Shown here: positions 38,334-48,082 of the stretch, piece after piece | How positions within the stretch are numbered: the stretch's first letter is position 1 | How the letters are laid out: each line of letters opens with the position of its first letter | Assembly: GCA_947625675.1 (NCBI GenBank) | Contig: CANQPH010000009.1 | Location: forward strand, 3,896 to 67,895 | Source: an uncultured Acetatifactor sp. | Lineage (GTDB): Bacteria; Bacillota; Clostridia; Lachnospirales; Lachnospiraceae | Length of the DNA: 64,000 nt | Direction: 5' to 3' | The notes under the pieces: generated by a model | The model's input: only the letters and a program-made list of their open reading frames with translations | Databases searched by the model: none | Told to the model about the DNA's origin: nothing | Program-made: the position numbers and the translations under genes

Positions 38334-39500
38334 ATGGCAGCCCGCACGAGGACGAAATCCAAACGAAAAGAACAATCGGAATTTTATTTTGATTACAGCC
38401 TGCTGTTTATCCTGCTGTTTTTGCTGGGCTTCGGTCTGCTCATGATCTATTCCACCAGTTCTTACGAAGCCTTTCAGGAATACGGGGATTCCGCCCATTT
38501 CCTGAAAACGCAGTTGGCTGCGGTCATATTGGGTCTGGTGGCCATGATCGTGGTGTCCAACATTCCCTATCATTTCTGGGAGCATTTTGCGCTGCTGGGC
38601 TACGTCGTGTCCTTTGGGATGCTTTTCCTGGTGAAGACCCCCCTGGGGGTGGAGAGCCATCACGCCAGAAGATGGTTCCGGATTCCCGGCGTGCCCTTTA
38701 ACGTCCAGCCTGCGGAGATCGCCAAGCTGTGTATGATCCTGTTTTTGGCCTGCCTGGTCTGCAAGCTGGGCAGAAATGTGAGAAAGTGGAAGGGGATCAT
38801 CGTCATGGGGGCGGCAGCGCTGCCTCACGTGCTGGCCATCTATCTGGTGACCTCCAACCTGAGCTCCGCCATCATCGTCATGGGCATTGCGGCCCTGATG
38901 GTTTTCGTGGCGGATCCTCATTATAAAAAATATATCGTGGCGGTTACCCTGGTGGGAATTGCGGTGGCGGGGCTGGTCTTCATGATCATGTCCATGGACG
39001 CTTCCGAGATGACCTTCCGCATGACTCGAATCAACACCTGGCTCCATCCGGAGTCGGATCCCACGGATACCGGTTTCCAGACCCTGCAGGCCCTCTACGC
39101 CATCGGGTCCGGCGGCATCTGGGGCAAGGGCCTGGGCCAGAGCATGCAGAAGCTGGGATACATTCCCGAAGCCCAGAACGACATGATTTTTTCCATCATC
39201 TGCGAGGAACTGGGACTTTTCGGGGCGGTATCCATCATCCTCATGTTCCTGATTCTGCTGTGGCGGCTCATGATCATCGCCAACAATGCGCCGGATCTGT
39301 TCGGCTCCATGCTGGTGGTGGGCGTGATCGGCCATATCGCCATCCAGGTGGTGCTCAATATCGCCGTGGTGACCAACAGCATTCCCAACACGGGAATTTC
39401 CTTACCCTTCATCAGTTACGGAGGGTCCTCCGTCATGTTCCTGCTCATCGAGTTCGGCCTGGTTCTAAGCGTGGCCAAGCGGATTCAGCTGCGGGAGTAG
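38334..39500 (+). CDS. ftsW: SEDS family peptidoglycan glycosyltransferase FtsW/SpoVE
   Basis: RRW, QPAEIAK, SGGIWGKG, PEAQNDMIF, PFISYGGSS. Confidence 0.9.
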   Translation: MAARTRTKSKRKEQSEFYFDYSLLFILLFLLGFGLLMIYSTSSYEAFQEYGDSAHFLKTQLAAVILGLVAMIVVSNIPYHFWEHFALLGYVVSFGMLFLVKTPLGVESHHARRWFRIPGVPFNVQPAEIAKLCMILFLACLVCKLGRNVRKWKGIIVMGAAALPHVLAIYLVTSNLSSAIIVMGIAALMVFVADPHYKKYIVAVTLVGIAVAGLVFMIMSMDASEMTFRMTRINTWLHPESDPTDTGFQTLQALYAIGSGGIWGKGLGQSMQKLGYIPEAQNDMIFSIICEELGLFGAVSIILMFLILLWRLMIIANNAPDLFGSMLVVGVIGHIAIQVVLNIAVVTNSIPNTGISLPFISYGGSSVMFLLIEFGLVLSVAKRIQLRE

Positions 39501-39560
39501 GCACGGGAGAGGCATCGCTTACATAGAATAGAATAGCTTGAAACGAAAAGGTGTTGACAG

Positions 39561-40817
39561 ATGGATTCTATTCATATTTACGGCGGTGTCTGCTTACAGG
39601 GAGATGTCAGGATCCAGGGGTCCAAGAATGCGGCCCTTCCCATCCTGGCGGCCACATTGCTGACAAAGGGGACAAACGTGATCTGTAATTGCCCCAGAAT
39701 CGCTGATGTGTATCGGATGCTGGATCTGCTTTCCAGCCTGGGATGTCTGGTCGTCTGGGAGAAGGACGGGGTCAGGATAAACGCCGACAATGCCGGACTT
39801 CATGAAATGCCCGGAGACGCCATTCGGGGAATGCGTTCTTCCCTTTGTCTCCTGGGAGCGCTCCTGGGCAGGACGGGGCAGGTGAGCATGGAGCATCCCG
39901 GAGGCTGCGTGATCGGAGCCAGGCCCGTTGATCTGCACCTGAAAGCCCTCGAGTGTCTGGGGGCGGTTTTCCGGGAGGAAGAGGGTCTGATCGTCGGGAA
40001 TGCGGGGACGGGCCTGCGGGGAACCCATGTGGCGCTGGCCAGGCCCAGCGTGGGAGCCACGGAAAACGCCCTGCTGGCCGCAGTGGCCGCCGAAGGGGAG
40101 ACCTGCCTGTCCGGTGCGGCCCTGGAACCGGAGATTGAAGCCTTGTGCGAATATTTGCGGGACTGCGGAGCCTGGATCGAGGGAATTGGGACCAGCACGC
40201 TGCGGATACGGGGCGGCAGGAGACTGCTGGGCACCCGGTACCGTATTCCTTCGGACCGGATCGTGGCGGGAACCTATCTCCTGGGATGTCTGGGAACCGG
40301 CGGAAGTGTGCTGCTGAAACAAGCCCCCGTGGAGCATATGGGGGCGGTGATCGATTTGGCGGAAAGACTGGGGGCGGAATGCCAGCAGGGACGGGAAGGA
40401 CTTTTTGTCCAGGCTCCCCGGGATCTGAAGCCCTGTGGCAGGATTATAACGGCCGTCTATCCGGGATTCCCCACGGATCTGCAGTCCGTGGCCCTGGTGG
40501 TGGAAACCGCTGCGGCCGGAAAATGCCTGGTCGAGGAGAGGATTTTCGAGAATCGGTTCCGAATCCTGGAACCCCTGTCCCGGATGGGGGCCAGGGTCAG
40601 GCAGATGGATGCGGGCAGGGTCGAAGTGGAGGGGATCACTCCTTTGCGGGGCTGCCAGGTGGAAGCGAGGGAACTCCGGGGAGGGGCCGCCCTGGTCGTG
40701 GCCGGGCTGATGGCGGAAGGAGAAACCGTTCTGCGGGGCTGCGAGTTCATTGAACGGGGTTATGAAAACATTTGTCGGGACTTTAGAGAGTTAGGAGCGA
40801 GGATATACGGTGTTTGA
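39561..40817 (+). CDS. murA: UDP-N-acetylglucosamine 1-carboxyvinyltransferase
   Basis: GSKNAALP, PGGCVIGARPVDLH (catalytic Cys), PGFPTDLQ, ENRF, ERGYE. Confidence 0.92.
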   Translation: MDSIHIYGGVCLQGDVRIQGSKNAALPILAATLLTKGTNVICNCPRIADVYRMLDLLSSLGCLVVWEKDGVRINADNAGLHEMPGDAIRGMRSSLCLLGALLGRTGQVSMEHPGGCVIGARPVDLHLKALECLGAVFREEEGLIVGNAGTGLRGTHVALARPSVGATENALLAAVAAEGETCLSGAALEPEIEALCEYLRDCGAWIEGIGTSTLRIRGGRRLLGTRYRIPSDRIVAGTYLLGCLGTGGSVLLKQAPVEHMGAVIDLAERLGAECQQGREGLFVQAPRDLKPCGRIITAVYPGFPTDLQSVALVVETAAAGKCLVEERIFENRFRILEPLSRMGARVRQMDAGRVEVEGITPLRGCQVEARELRGGAALVVAGLMAEGETVLRGCEFIERGYENICRDFRELGARIYGV

Positions 40818-41553
40818 AGAAAAGAAAAAGGGAAAGATAAAATGGATCATTCTGGTGGCGTCCCTGTTGGCGATGGCGGGAGTCGCAGCCTTCGTCCTGC
40901 AGAAATATACCGTTACCTCGGTCACGGTGATAGGAAATCTTCACTATTCGGAAGAAGAGATCCGGAATTTCGTCATGACTGGCCCCCTGGGGAACAATTC
41001 CCTTTATCTTTCCCTGAAATACCGAAACAAGGGAGTGGAAGACATTCCTTTCGTGGATGCCATGGACGTGAACATCCTGTCTCCGGATTCCATCGAGATC
41101 GCGGTGTACGAGAAGGCCCTGGCCGGTTTCGTCCGATGCATGGACACGTACATGTATTTTGACAAGGACGGCTACGTGGTGGAATGTTCCGACGAGGTCA
41201 CGGAGGGGGTGCCCCAGATCACCGGCCTGAATTTTGATTACGTGGTGCTGGGGGAACGGCTGCCGGTGGAGAATCCGGAAATTTTCGACAGCGTCATGGA
41301 TATCACAAAGCTGTTGGATAAATATGACCTGAAAGCGGACAAGATTTTTTTCCATTCCTCGGAAGAAATCACGATTTATTTCGGAAACGTCAAAGTCGCC
41401 CTGGGCAATGACAGGGCGGAGCTGGAGAACAAGGTCATGCGTCTGCCGGAGCTTTTGTCCATGGTGGACGGGGAGACGGGCACGTTCAGGATGGAAACCC
41501 TGACGGAGGACCGGACGGGAGTGACGTTCCAGAAGGGCGAAACGTCTAATTGA
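40810..41553 (+). CDS. ftsQ: Cell division protein FtsQ/DivIB
   Basis: Single N-terminal TM, POTRA-like VxGN...segment, position before ftsZ. Confidence 0.8.
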   Translation: MFEEKKKGKIKWIILVASLLAMAGVAAFVLQKYTVTSVTVIGNLHYSEEEIRNFVMTGPLGNNSLYLSLKYRNKGVEDIPFVDAMDVNILSPDSIEIAVYEKALAGFVRCMDTYMYFDKDGYVVECSDEVTEGVPQITGLNFDYVVLGERLPVENPEIFDSVMDITKLLDKYDLKADKIFFHSSEEITIYFGNVKVALGNDRAELENKVMRLPELLSMVDGETGTFRMETLTEDRTGVTFQKGETSN

Positions 41554-41665
41554 ATTGTAAGAATTACGAAAAAAATGAAAAATCTTTGCAAATAGGGTTG
41601 ATAAATTTTAAAAATGATTATATGATATTAAAAGTGAGGAAAATGCATAAAAGGAGGACAAACCT

Positions 41666-42835
41666 TTGCTGGAGATCAAGACGAACGAAGCGGAATCCGG
41701 CGCCAGAATCATCGTGGTAGGCGTGGGCGGCGCCGGCAACAATGCCGTTAATAGAATGATAGATGAGAAGATCGAGGGAGTGGAATTCATCGGTATCAAT
41801 ACGGACAAGCAGGCCCTGCAGCTTTGCAAGGCGCCCAGGCTGATCCAGATCGGCGAGAAGCTGACCAAGGGTCTGGGAGCCGGGGCCAAGCCGGAGGTGG
41901 GAGAGAAGGCCGCTGAAGAGAGTGCGGAGGAGATCACCGCCGCCCTGAAGGGAGCGGACATGGTATTCGTCACCTGCGGCATGGGAGGCGGAACCGGAAC
42001 CGGTGCGGCGCCCGTGGTGGCGAGGATTTCCAAGGAAATGGGGATCCTGACCGTGGGCGTGGTGACCAAGCCCTTCCGTTTTGAAGCCAAGGTGCGCATG
42101 GCCAACGCCTTGGCCGGTATCGAGAAGATCAAGGAGCACGTGGACACCCTGATCGTGATTCCCAACGATAAGCTGTTGGAAATCGTGGATCGCCGGACCA
42201 CCATGCCGGAAGCCCTGAAGAAGGCGGACGAGGTGCTGCAGCAGGCGGTGCAGGGCATCACCGATCTGATCAACGTTCCCGCCATTATCAATCTGGACTT
42301 TGCGGACGTGCAGACCATCATGAAGGACAAGGGCATCGCCCATATCGGCATCGGCAGCGGCAAGGGCGACGACAAGGCTCTGGAAGCCGTGAAGATAGCC
42401 GTGGAGAGTCCTCTGCTGGAGACCACCATTTCCGGTGCGACCCACATCCTGATCAACATTTCCGGCGATATCGCCCTGGGCGACGCCCGGGATGCCGTGG
42501 ATTACATACAGGAACTGACCGGAGAGGACGTGAACGTGATCTTCGGCGCCAAGTACGATGAGACCATGTCCGATACCTGTATGATCACCGTGATCGCCAC
42601 GGGGCTGGCGGAGAACATGCAGGCCGCCCCCCAGGGAAGGGTGCCGCAGACCAACTTCGGTTACCGTCCCAACAATCTGCAGAGCATGAACAGCGGGAAG
42701 CCTTCTTCCCAGACCGGTTACAATCCTTCCGTAAGCCCTGCGAAGCCCCTGACCGGCATCAGCCGCCCGGGAGACATCCGCAGCTCCGTGGAGGAAAAGA
42801 CCTTGAATATTCCGACCTTCTTACAGCGTAAATAA
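41666..42835 (+). CDS. ftsZ: Cell division protein FtsZ
   Basis: [26 protein letters not shown]-terminal IPTFL. TTG start. Confidence 0.98.
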   Translation: MLEIKTNEAESGARIIVVGVGGAGNNAVNRMIDEKIEGVEFIGINTDKQALQLCKAPRLIQIGEKLTKGLGAGAKPEVGEKAAEESAEEITAALKGADMVFVTCGMGGGTGTGAAPVVARISKEMGILTVGVVTKPFRFEAKVRMANALAGIEKIKEHVDTLIVIPNDKLLEIVDRRTTMPEALKKADEVLQQAVQGITDLINVPAIINLDFADVQTIMKDKGIAHIGIGSGKGDDKALEAVKIAVESPLLETTISGATHILINISGDIALGDARDAVDYIQELTGEDVNVIFGAKYDETMSDTCMITVIATGLAENMQAAPQGRVPQTNFGYRPNNLQSMNSGKPSSQTGYNPSVSPAKPLTGISRPGDIRSSVEEKTLNIPTFLQRK

Positions 42836-42915
42836 AAGACCCATAATGAAGGACCTTAGATATGCCGTACTGACGGGAATTCCTGTCGGTACGGCTTTTT
42901 TGTGTGTGCCCGGCG

Positions 42916-42991
42916 TGTCGAAAATTTTGGATAAAAATAGGCGGAAGCCTGACCTGTTCCGACAAATTCCAAAGGAGAAAAGGCTTATACT
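42916..42991 (+). promoter_or_regulatory. Spo0A-dependent spoIIG promoter region
   Basis: Perfect 0A box TGTCGAA at 42916-42922, a reverse one-mismatch box (TCCGACA) near 42958-42964, and -10 TATACT upstream of spoIIGA. Confidence 0.6.
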
Positions 42992-43041
42992 GTTTGTGAA
43001 GCGGGAAGCGCAGGAGGTGCGGAATCGGGGGAGGTGTTCAG

Positions 43042-43854
43042 ATGTATTATGAAGTGTACCTGGACAGTCTGTTTTTGGTGAATTTCGTGATGAACCTTCT
43101 TTGCCTGGAGATCGCCAATTTCACCTTCCTGAAAGCGGCCTCCCGGCGAAGGATCATAGGAGGTGCCGCCCTGGGAGCTTTTTTTTATTTACTTCCCTTT
43201 CTGACACCCGGCCCGGCAGGGCCCAAAAGTCTTGCTGGTCTCTTCCTGTCCGCCGCAGGAATGATCCTGGTGACCTTCCGCACCCGGAGCCTTCGGGCGT
43301 TCTGGATGGTTTTCCAGAGACTGCTGCTGTCTTCTTTCCTGCTGGGAGGCTGTCTGCTTTTCCTGATCAGGCTGTTTCCGGCCCTGAGGGAGACGCTGAC
43401 CAGCGTTCTGGGGGTGTTGGGAATCGGTCTCCTTCTCTTTATGGAGGTTTCTTTTTTGGTGGGAAAAAGTGGGGAACGCAAGGGAATCTGCCAGGTAAAG
43501 CTGCAGGGGAACGGTCCTGCGGTGGAGGTGAGGGCCCTTTTGGACAGCGGAAACAGTCTGGTGGAACCCATCAGTGGGAAGCCGGTGTGCATCCTGGACC
43601 GTTCCGTGTTTGAAAAGCTATGGGAAAAGGGGAAGCCGGACCACTTCCGGGCCATTCCCTATCACAGTTTGGGCAGGACGGCGGGGATCCTGGCCGGATA
43701 CCTGATCCCGAAAATGGAAATTGATCTGGACGGAACGGTGAAGAGCCGCCGGAACGTCTATGTGGGAGTCAGTGAGGAAAGAATTGCGGCCGGGGGAGGG
43801 TATGAGATGATCCTGAACCCTGGCGTGCTGAAGGAGGATGAAAATGATCATTAA
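43042..43854 (+). CDS. spoIIGA: Pro-sigma-E processing aspartic peptidase
   Basis: [13 protein letters not shown], five TM helices, ALLDSGN, IPYHSLG. Confidence 0.93.
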   Translation: MYYEVYLDSLFLVNFVMNLLCLEIANFTFLKAASRRRIIGGAALGAFFYLLPFLTPGPAGPKSLAGLFLSAAGMILVTFRTRSLRAFWMVFQRLLLSSFLLGGCLLFLIRLFPALRETLTSVLGVLGIGLLLFMEVSFLVGKSGERKGICQVKLQGNGPAVEVRALLDSGNSLVEPISGKPVCILDRSVFEKLWEKGKPDHFRAIPYHSLGRTAGILAGYLIPKMEIDLDGTVKSRRNVYVGVSEERIAAGGGYEMILNPGVLKEDENDH

Positions 43855-44584
43855 GGTGGCGCTGCCCGGGAGGCTCCATTTCAAAATGGTGCGGAGGGAG
43901 AACATACTGCTGCAGAAAAAAGGGGACATTCATTATATCGGCGGGAGCGAGGTCCTGCCCCCGCCTTTGGAAACGGAAAAGGAGAATCAGGTGATCAGCG
44001 ACCTGGGCACGGAATATGAGGACGAGGCCAAATCCATTCTCATCGAGCACAATCTGCGCCTGGTGGTATACATAGCCAAGAAATTCGACAACACGGGGGT
44101 GGGGGTGGAGGATCTGATTTCCATCGGCACCATCGGCCTGATCAAGTCCATCAACACTTTCAACCCCCAGAAAAACATCAAGCTGGCCACTTATGCCTCC
44201 CGATGTATCGAAAACGAGATTTTGATGTATCTGCGCAGGAACAACAAGACCAGGCTGGAGGTGTCCATAGACGAACCCCTGAACGTGGACTGGGACGGCA
44301 ACGAGCTTCTGTTGTCGGACATCCTGGGGACGGACGAGGACGTGATCTACCGGGATCTGGAGAACGAGGTGGAGCGTAAACTCCTGTTAAAGGCCGTGGG
44401 CAGTCTGTCCGACCGGGAGAAGACCATCATCAGCCTGCGCTTCGGCCTGGGGAGCCGGGACGGCCGGGAAATGACCCAGAAGGAGGTGGCCGGTCTCCTG
44501 GGGATTTCCCAGTCCTACATTTCCAGGCTGGAAAAAAAGATCATGAAGCAGCTGAAAAAGGAGATGAGCAGCAGTATCGGGTGA
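43844..44584 (+). CDS. sigE: Sporulation sigma factor SigE
   Basis: Pro-sequence, [47 protein letters not shown]. Confidence 0.96.
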   Translation: MIIKVALPGRLHFKMVRRENILLQKKGDIHYIGGSEVLPPPLETEKENQVISDLGTEYEDEAKSILIEHNLRLVVYIAKKFDNTGVGVEDLISIGTIGLIKSINTFNPQKNIKLATYASRCIENEILMYLRRNNKTRLEVSIDEPLNVDWDGNELLLSDILGTDEDVIYRDLENEVERKLLLKAVGSLSDREKTIISLRFGLGSRDGREMTQKEVAGLLGISQSYISRLEKKIMKQLKKEMSSSIG

Positions 44585-44595
44585 GGAAGGAAAGC

Positions 44596-44636
44596 GAAAA
44601 GAGGGTGGCTGTAAATTTTGCAGCAGCCCTCTTTTC
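44596..44636. terminator. Terminator after sigE
   Basis: GAAAAGAGGG-TGGCTGTAAA / TTTGCAGCA-GCCCTCTTTTC. Confidence 0.7.
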
Positions 44637-44738
44637 AAATGGGGAAGAATAGGATATACTTATAGGGCGTCCATCAAAAAGCGGAGTGCGAACGGCGAAT
44701 AAAAGACGGAAGGTGAAGGTTGAAAGGGAGGGCTGCCC

Positions 44739-45047
44739 ATGATTTTGCGGGAAGACATTTTATCCATGGAATTTTTGAAAAAATCGGAATATACGGGAAG
44801 CCACCAGGGAATGCGTTACCGTTTGGAAGGAATTGCGGAAGGGGACGGCAAGGTGTTAAAGGCGACGGTCTGGCCGGAGCCCTTCAATTTTTTCCGGACG
44901 CCGGAGGAAAAGAAGATCAGCGCTACCTTTCTTTTTTCGGAGGAAGGCGTGACGGAGGCGGTGGATTGGATGAACCGGCGTCTTGTGGAGGACGCCGCCC
45001 TCTGGGACCGGGCCTGGGATGCCTGGGATGATGATCATATGGAGTAG
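44739..45047 (+). CDS. Small conserved-looking hypothetical protein
   Basis: 102 aa, GGGAGG RBS; sequence starts MILREDILSMEFLKKSEYTGS. No family assigned with confidence. Confidence 0.7.
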   Translation: MILREDILSMEFLKKSEYTGSHQGMRYRLEGIAEGDGKVLKATVWPEPFNFFRTPEEKKISATFLFSEEGVTEAVDWMNRRLVEDAALWDRAWDAWDDDHME

Positions 45048-45057
45048 GAAACATTCG

Positions 45058-45591
45058 ATGCTAAGTTACTTGTTACGGGATTTGTACGGAGCGCTGCGGT
45101 TCGGACCGGTGGGAGCGGCGGTGGGACTGGCGGCCTTCGTGGGCTTGAAAATATGGAACGGGGAGAGAAGCAGGAAGGGGAAAATGGCGGTTCCAGCGGC
45201 TCCCGCCGTTGGATTCTGCGTCTGTGCCGCCATCATTCTGGCCATGACCCTGGGCTCCCGGGAGAGCGGGGGAAGCGGCAGTCTCGACCTGGAGCTTTTT
45301 TCCAGCTTCGGGATCAATGACAGGAACAATGCCTATGTGGTGGAGAACGTGCTGTTGTTTCTGCCCTTCGGATTTTTCGGAGCCTGGAATTTTAAAAGGC
45401 TGCGGAATTTTTTCGCATGTGCCGGAACGGGGCTTTTGACCAGCCTGGGGATAGAGACTCTGCAGTATCTGACCCGCCGTGGAATCTTTCAGATCGACGA
45501 TATCCTGACCAACGGCTGCGGCATGGCGCTGGGCTGGCTGGTGTTTGTGGTTTGGAATCGATTGGCAAAGAGCATGAGGAGCAAAGGATGA
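45058..45591 (+). CDS. VanZ family membrane protein
   Basis: ENVLLFLPFG, SLGIETLQ, IDDILTNGCG. Confidence 0.85.
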   Translation: MLSYLLRDLYGALRFGPVGAAVGLAAFVGLKIWNGERSRKGKMAVPAAPAVGFCVCAAIILAMTLGSRESGGSGSLDLELFSSFGINDRNNAYVVENVLLFLPFGFFGAWNFKRLRNFFACAGTGLLTSLGIETLQYLTRRGIFQIDDILTNGCGMALGWLVFVVWNRLAKSMRSKG

Positions 45592-45635
45592 GATTTGGAA
45601 ATCTTATTTGACTGCTTTAAGTCCAAGCTCCCGGC

Positions 45636-46415
45636 TTACGCCGTCAGGTAATTGCGCATGGTCTTTAACGCATTTTTCTCCAGACGGGAGACCTGGGCCT
45701 GGGAAATGCCGATGATCTGGGCCACTTCCATCTGAGTCTTACCTTCGAAAAAACGCAGGGAGATGATTTCGTTTTCCCGGTTCCCCAGCTTTTTCATGGC
45801 TTCGCTTAAGGAGAGACGTTCCACCCAGTTCTCTTCCTTGTTTTTCTTGTCGCTGATCTGATCCATGACGTAGAGAGTGTCGCCGCCGTCGGTGTAGATG
45901 GGCTCATAGAGACTCATGGGGTTCTGAATGGCATCCATGGCGTAGACAATGTCCTCCTTGGAGATTCCGATCTCTGTGGAAATCTCTTCGATGGAGGGTT
46001 CCTTCAGATTTTTGCGGGTCAGGTTTTCCCGGGCATAGATGGCCTTGTAGGCGGTGTCCTTCAGGGACCTGGAGACCCGGATGCTGTTGTTGTCCCGCAG
46101 AAACCTGCGGATCTCCCCGATGATCATGGGGACGGCGTAGGTGGAAAATTTGACGTTCAGGGAGGCGTCGAAGTTGTCGATGGCCTTGATGAGCCCGATG
46201 CAGCCGATCTGAAACAGATCGTCCACGTTCTCGCTGCTGGAGGCGAAGCGTTTGATGACGCTGAGCACCAGACGCAGATTTCCCTTGATATACTGTTCTC
46301 TGGCCTCCATGTCTCCGGCCTCGATTCGCTGGAACAGTTCTTCCTTTTCTTCGGCCTTCAACAGGGGAAGCCTGGATGTGTTCACCCCGCAGATCTCTAC
46401 CTTGCCCTGTGCCAT
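45636..46415 (-). CDS. sigG: Sporulation sigma factor SigG
   Basis: KVEICGVNTSRLP, DDLFQIGCIGL, YAVPMIIGEIRRFLRD, TQMEVA; GGAGGTG RBS. Confidence 0.96.
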   Translation of the reverse strand: MAQGKVEICGVNTSRLPLLKAEEKEELFQRIEAGDMEAREQYIKGNLRLVLSVIKRFASSSENVDDLFQIGCIGLIKAIDNFDASLNVKFSTYAVPMIIGEIRRFLRDNNSIRVSRSLKDTAYKAIYARENLTRKNLKEPSIEEISTEIGISKEDIVYAMDAIQNPMSLYEPIYTDGGDTLYVMDQISDKKNKEENWVERLSLSEAMKKLGNRENEIISLRFFEGKTQMEVAQIIGISQAQVSRLEKNALKTMRNYLTA

Positions 46416-46452
46416 ATGGCTCACCTCCGGTTTCCTTGTTTCTCTACGTTGG

Positions 46453-46481
46453 AGTATGCACCGAAAAAAGGGAAGATATTC
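46453..46481 (-). promoter_or_regulatory. Putative sigma-G-type promoter of sigG
   Basis: Minus strand GAATA-N18-CATACT. Confidence 0.45.
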
Positions 46482-46654
46482 TTTCCTGCGGCCGCCAATT
46501 TTTGGAAACGGAGTTGCCGTGCAAAACGGCAGTCATGTTTCATAATGGTCGCAGCAACTTAAAACGACAGCTGTATTTTAAAACAGCCGCAGTGTTCCGA
46601 AAGCAGTCACAGATCCGGTGCAGCCGCATATATTGATAGCAGGAGGGTAGACTT

Positions 46655-46891
46655 ATGCTGCTGTATTCGGAACTGAAATGCAAGGACGTCATCAATATCA
46701 GGGACTGCAAACGTTTGGGACGGGTGGAGGATTTGGAAATCGATGAGTGCAGCGGGTGCATCTGCAAGATCATCGTGCCGGGCTGCAGTCGGTTCTTTTC
46801 CTTCCTCCACACGGAGCCGGACGTGGTGATCCCCTACAAGGATATCCGCCAGATCGGCCCGGACATCATCCTGGTGGACGTCAAGGCCTAG
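46655..46891 (+). CDS. ylmC: YlmC/YmxH family sporulation protein (PRC barrel)
   Basis: SELKCKDVINI, LGRVEDLEID, IPYKDIRQIGPDIILV. Confidence 0.9.
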   Translation: MLLYSELKCKDVINIRDCKRLGRVEDLEIDECSGCICKIIVPGCSRFFSFLHTEPDVVIPYKDIRQIGPDIILVDVKA

Positions 46892-46992
46892 GGGGATCAA
46901 GGCTTTTCATCTTGGACTTGACGTTTCCCGATGGGATGCGCTACAATAAGTGGAAGAGAGGCCCGCTGGAAGCGGGGCGGAGGGAGGAACGC

Positions 46993-47442
46993 ATGAGGTG
47001 TCCTTATTGCAACCATGAAAATACCAGGGTTATCGATTCCCGGCCGGTGGAGGAATCCAACTCTATCAAGCGCAGGCGGGCCTGCGATGAGTGCGGCAAA
47101 CGGTTCACCACCTTTGAGAAGGTGGAGACCATTCCGCTGATCATCATCAAGAAGGATGACAAGAGGGAGCCCTATGATCGGTCCAAAATTGAGCAGGGGG
47201 TTCTGCGGGCCTGCTATAAACGTCCGGTGAGTGCGGAGCAGATTTCCGATTTGGTGAATCAGGTGGAAAATGAGATCTTCAACCTGGAGGCTTCAGAGCT
47301 GCCCAGCCGCACCGTGGGGGAGCTGGTCATGAGCCGCCTGAAAGAGCTGGACGGGGTGGCATATGTCCGTTTCGCTTCCGTCTACCGGGAATTCAAGGAT
47401 GTGAACACCTTCCTGGAGGAATTGAAAAATTTCCTGCAGTAG
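46993..47442 (+). CDS. nrdR: Transcriptional repressor NrdR
   Basis: CPYC...RVIDSR...RRRACDECGKRFTTFE, AYVRFASVY. Confidence 0.97.
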   Translation: MRCPYCNHENTRVIDSRPVEESNSIKRRRACDECGKRFTTFEKVETIPLIIIKKDDKREPYDRSKIEQGVLRACYKRPVSAEQISDLVNQVENEIFNLEASELPSRTVGELVMSRLKELDGVAYVRFASVYREFKDVNTFLEELKNFLQ

Positions 47443-47466
47443 GAGAAAGTACGAGGCTTGACGCAT

Positions 47467-47976
47467 ATGCTGGAACGATTCTACCCGGACAGTGAGGTGG
47501 ACAGCGCCTACGAGATCGATTATGAGGGCTTGTACGCCGAAGGTTTCCGGGGAATCATTTTTGACATCGACAATACCCTGGTGCCCCATGGGGCACCGGC
47601 GGATGAGCGGGCCATGGAGCTGTTCGCCCGTCTGCACCGGATCGGTTTTCATACTCTGCTTCTGTCCAACAACAAGGAGCCCCGGGTGAAAATGTTCAAT
47701 GACTCCGTGGGGTCTCAGTATATTTTCAGAGCGAACAAGCCCGCCAGAAGAGGTTATGAGGAAGCCATGGAGCGGATGGGAACGGATCCCGGGACCACCG
47801 TCTTCGTGGGGGACCAGCTGTTTACGGACGTCTGGGGGGCCAAGAAGGCGGGGATCCGCACTTTTTTGACCAAGCCCATCCATCCCAAGGAGGAGATCCA
47901 GATCGTGCTGAAGCGCAGATTGGAATGGATCGTGCTGTATTTTTACCATAAGAGACAGAAGTCTACAGGTACGTGA
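47467..47976 (+). CDS. yqeG: YqeG family HAD IIIA phosphatase
   Basis: DIDNTL, LSNN, KP, GDQLFTDVWGA. Confidence 0.92.
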   Translation: MLERFYPDSEVDSAYEIDYEGLYAEGFRGIIFDIDNTLVPHGAPADERAMELFARLHRIGFHTLLLSNNKEPRVKMFNDSVGSQYIFRANKPARRGYEEAMERMGTDPGTTVFVGDQLFTDVWGAKKAGIRTFLTKPIHPKEEIQIVLKRRLEWIVLYFYHKRQKSTGT

Positions 47977-48025
47977 GGCATACCTGACAATGGGGGCGAA
48001 TCGTGCGGAAAACGAGCGCAGCTGT

Positions 48026-48082
48026 ACAAAGTCCCTTTGAGTCAAATGCCGCCTGATCGGCGGCAGAATGCGAGGAAACATG
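48026..48082 (+). repeat. Dispersed hairpin element, copy C (3' half), upstream of aroE
   Basis: ACAAAGTCCCTTTGAGTCAAATGCCGCCTGATCGGCGGCAGAATGCGAGGAAACATG, nearly identical to copy B. Confidence 0.85.

Noticed and set aside
39561-40817. murA as a fosfomycin-resistant or inactive paralog
   Set aside because: The catalytic Cys (GGCVIGARP) and the other key residues are present.
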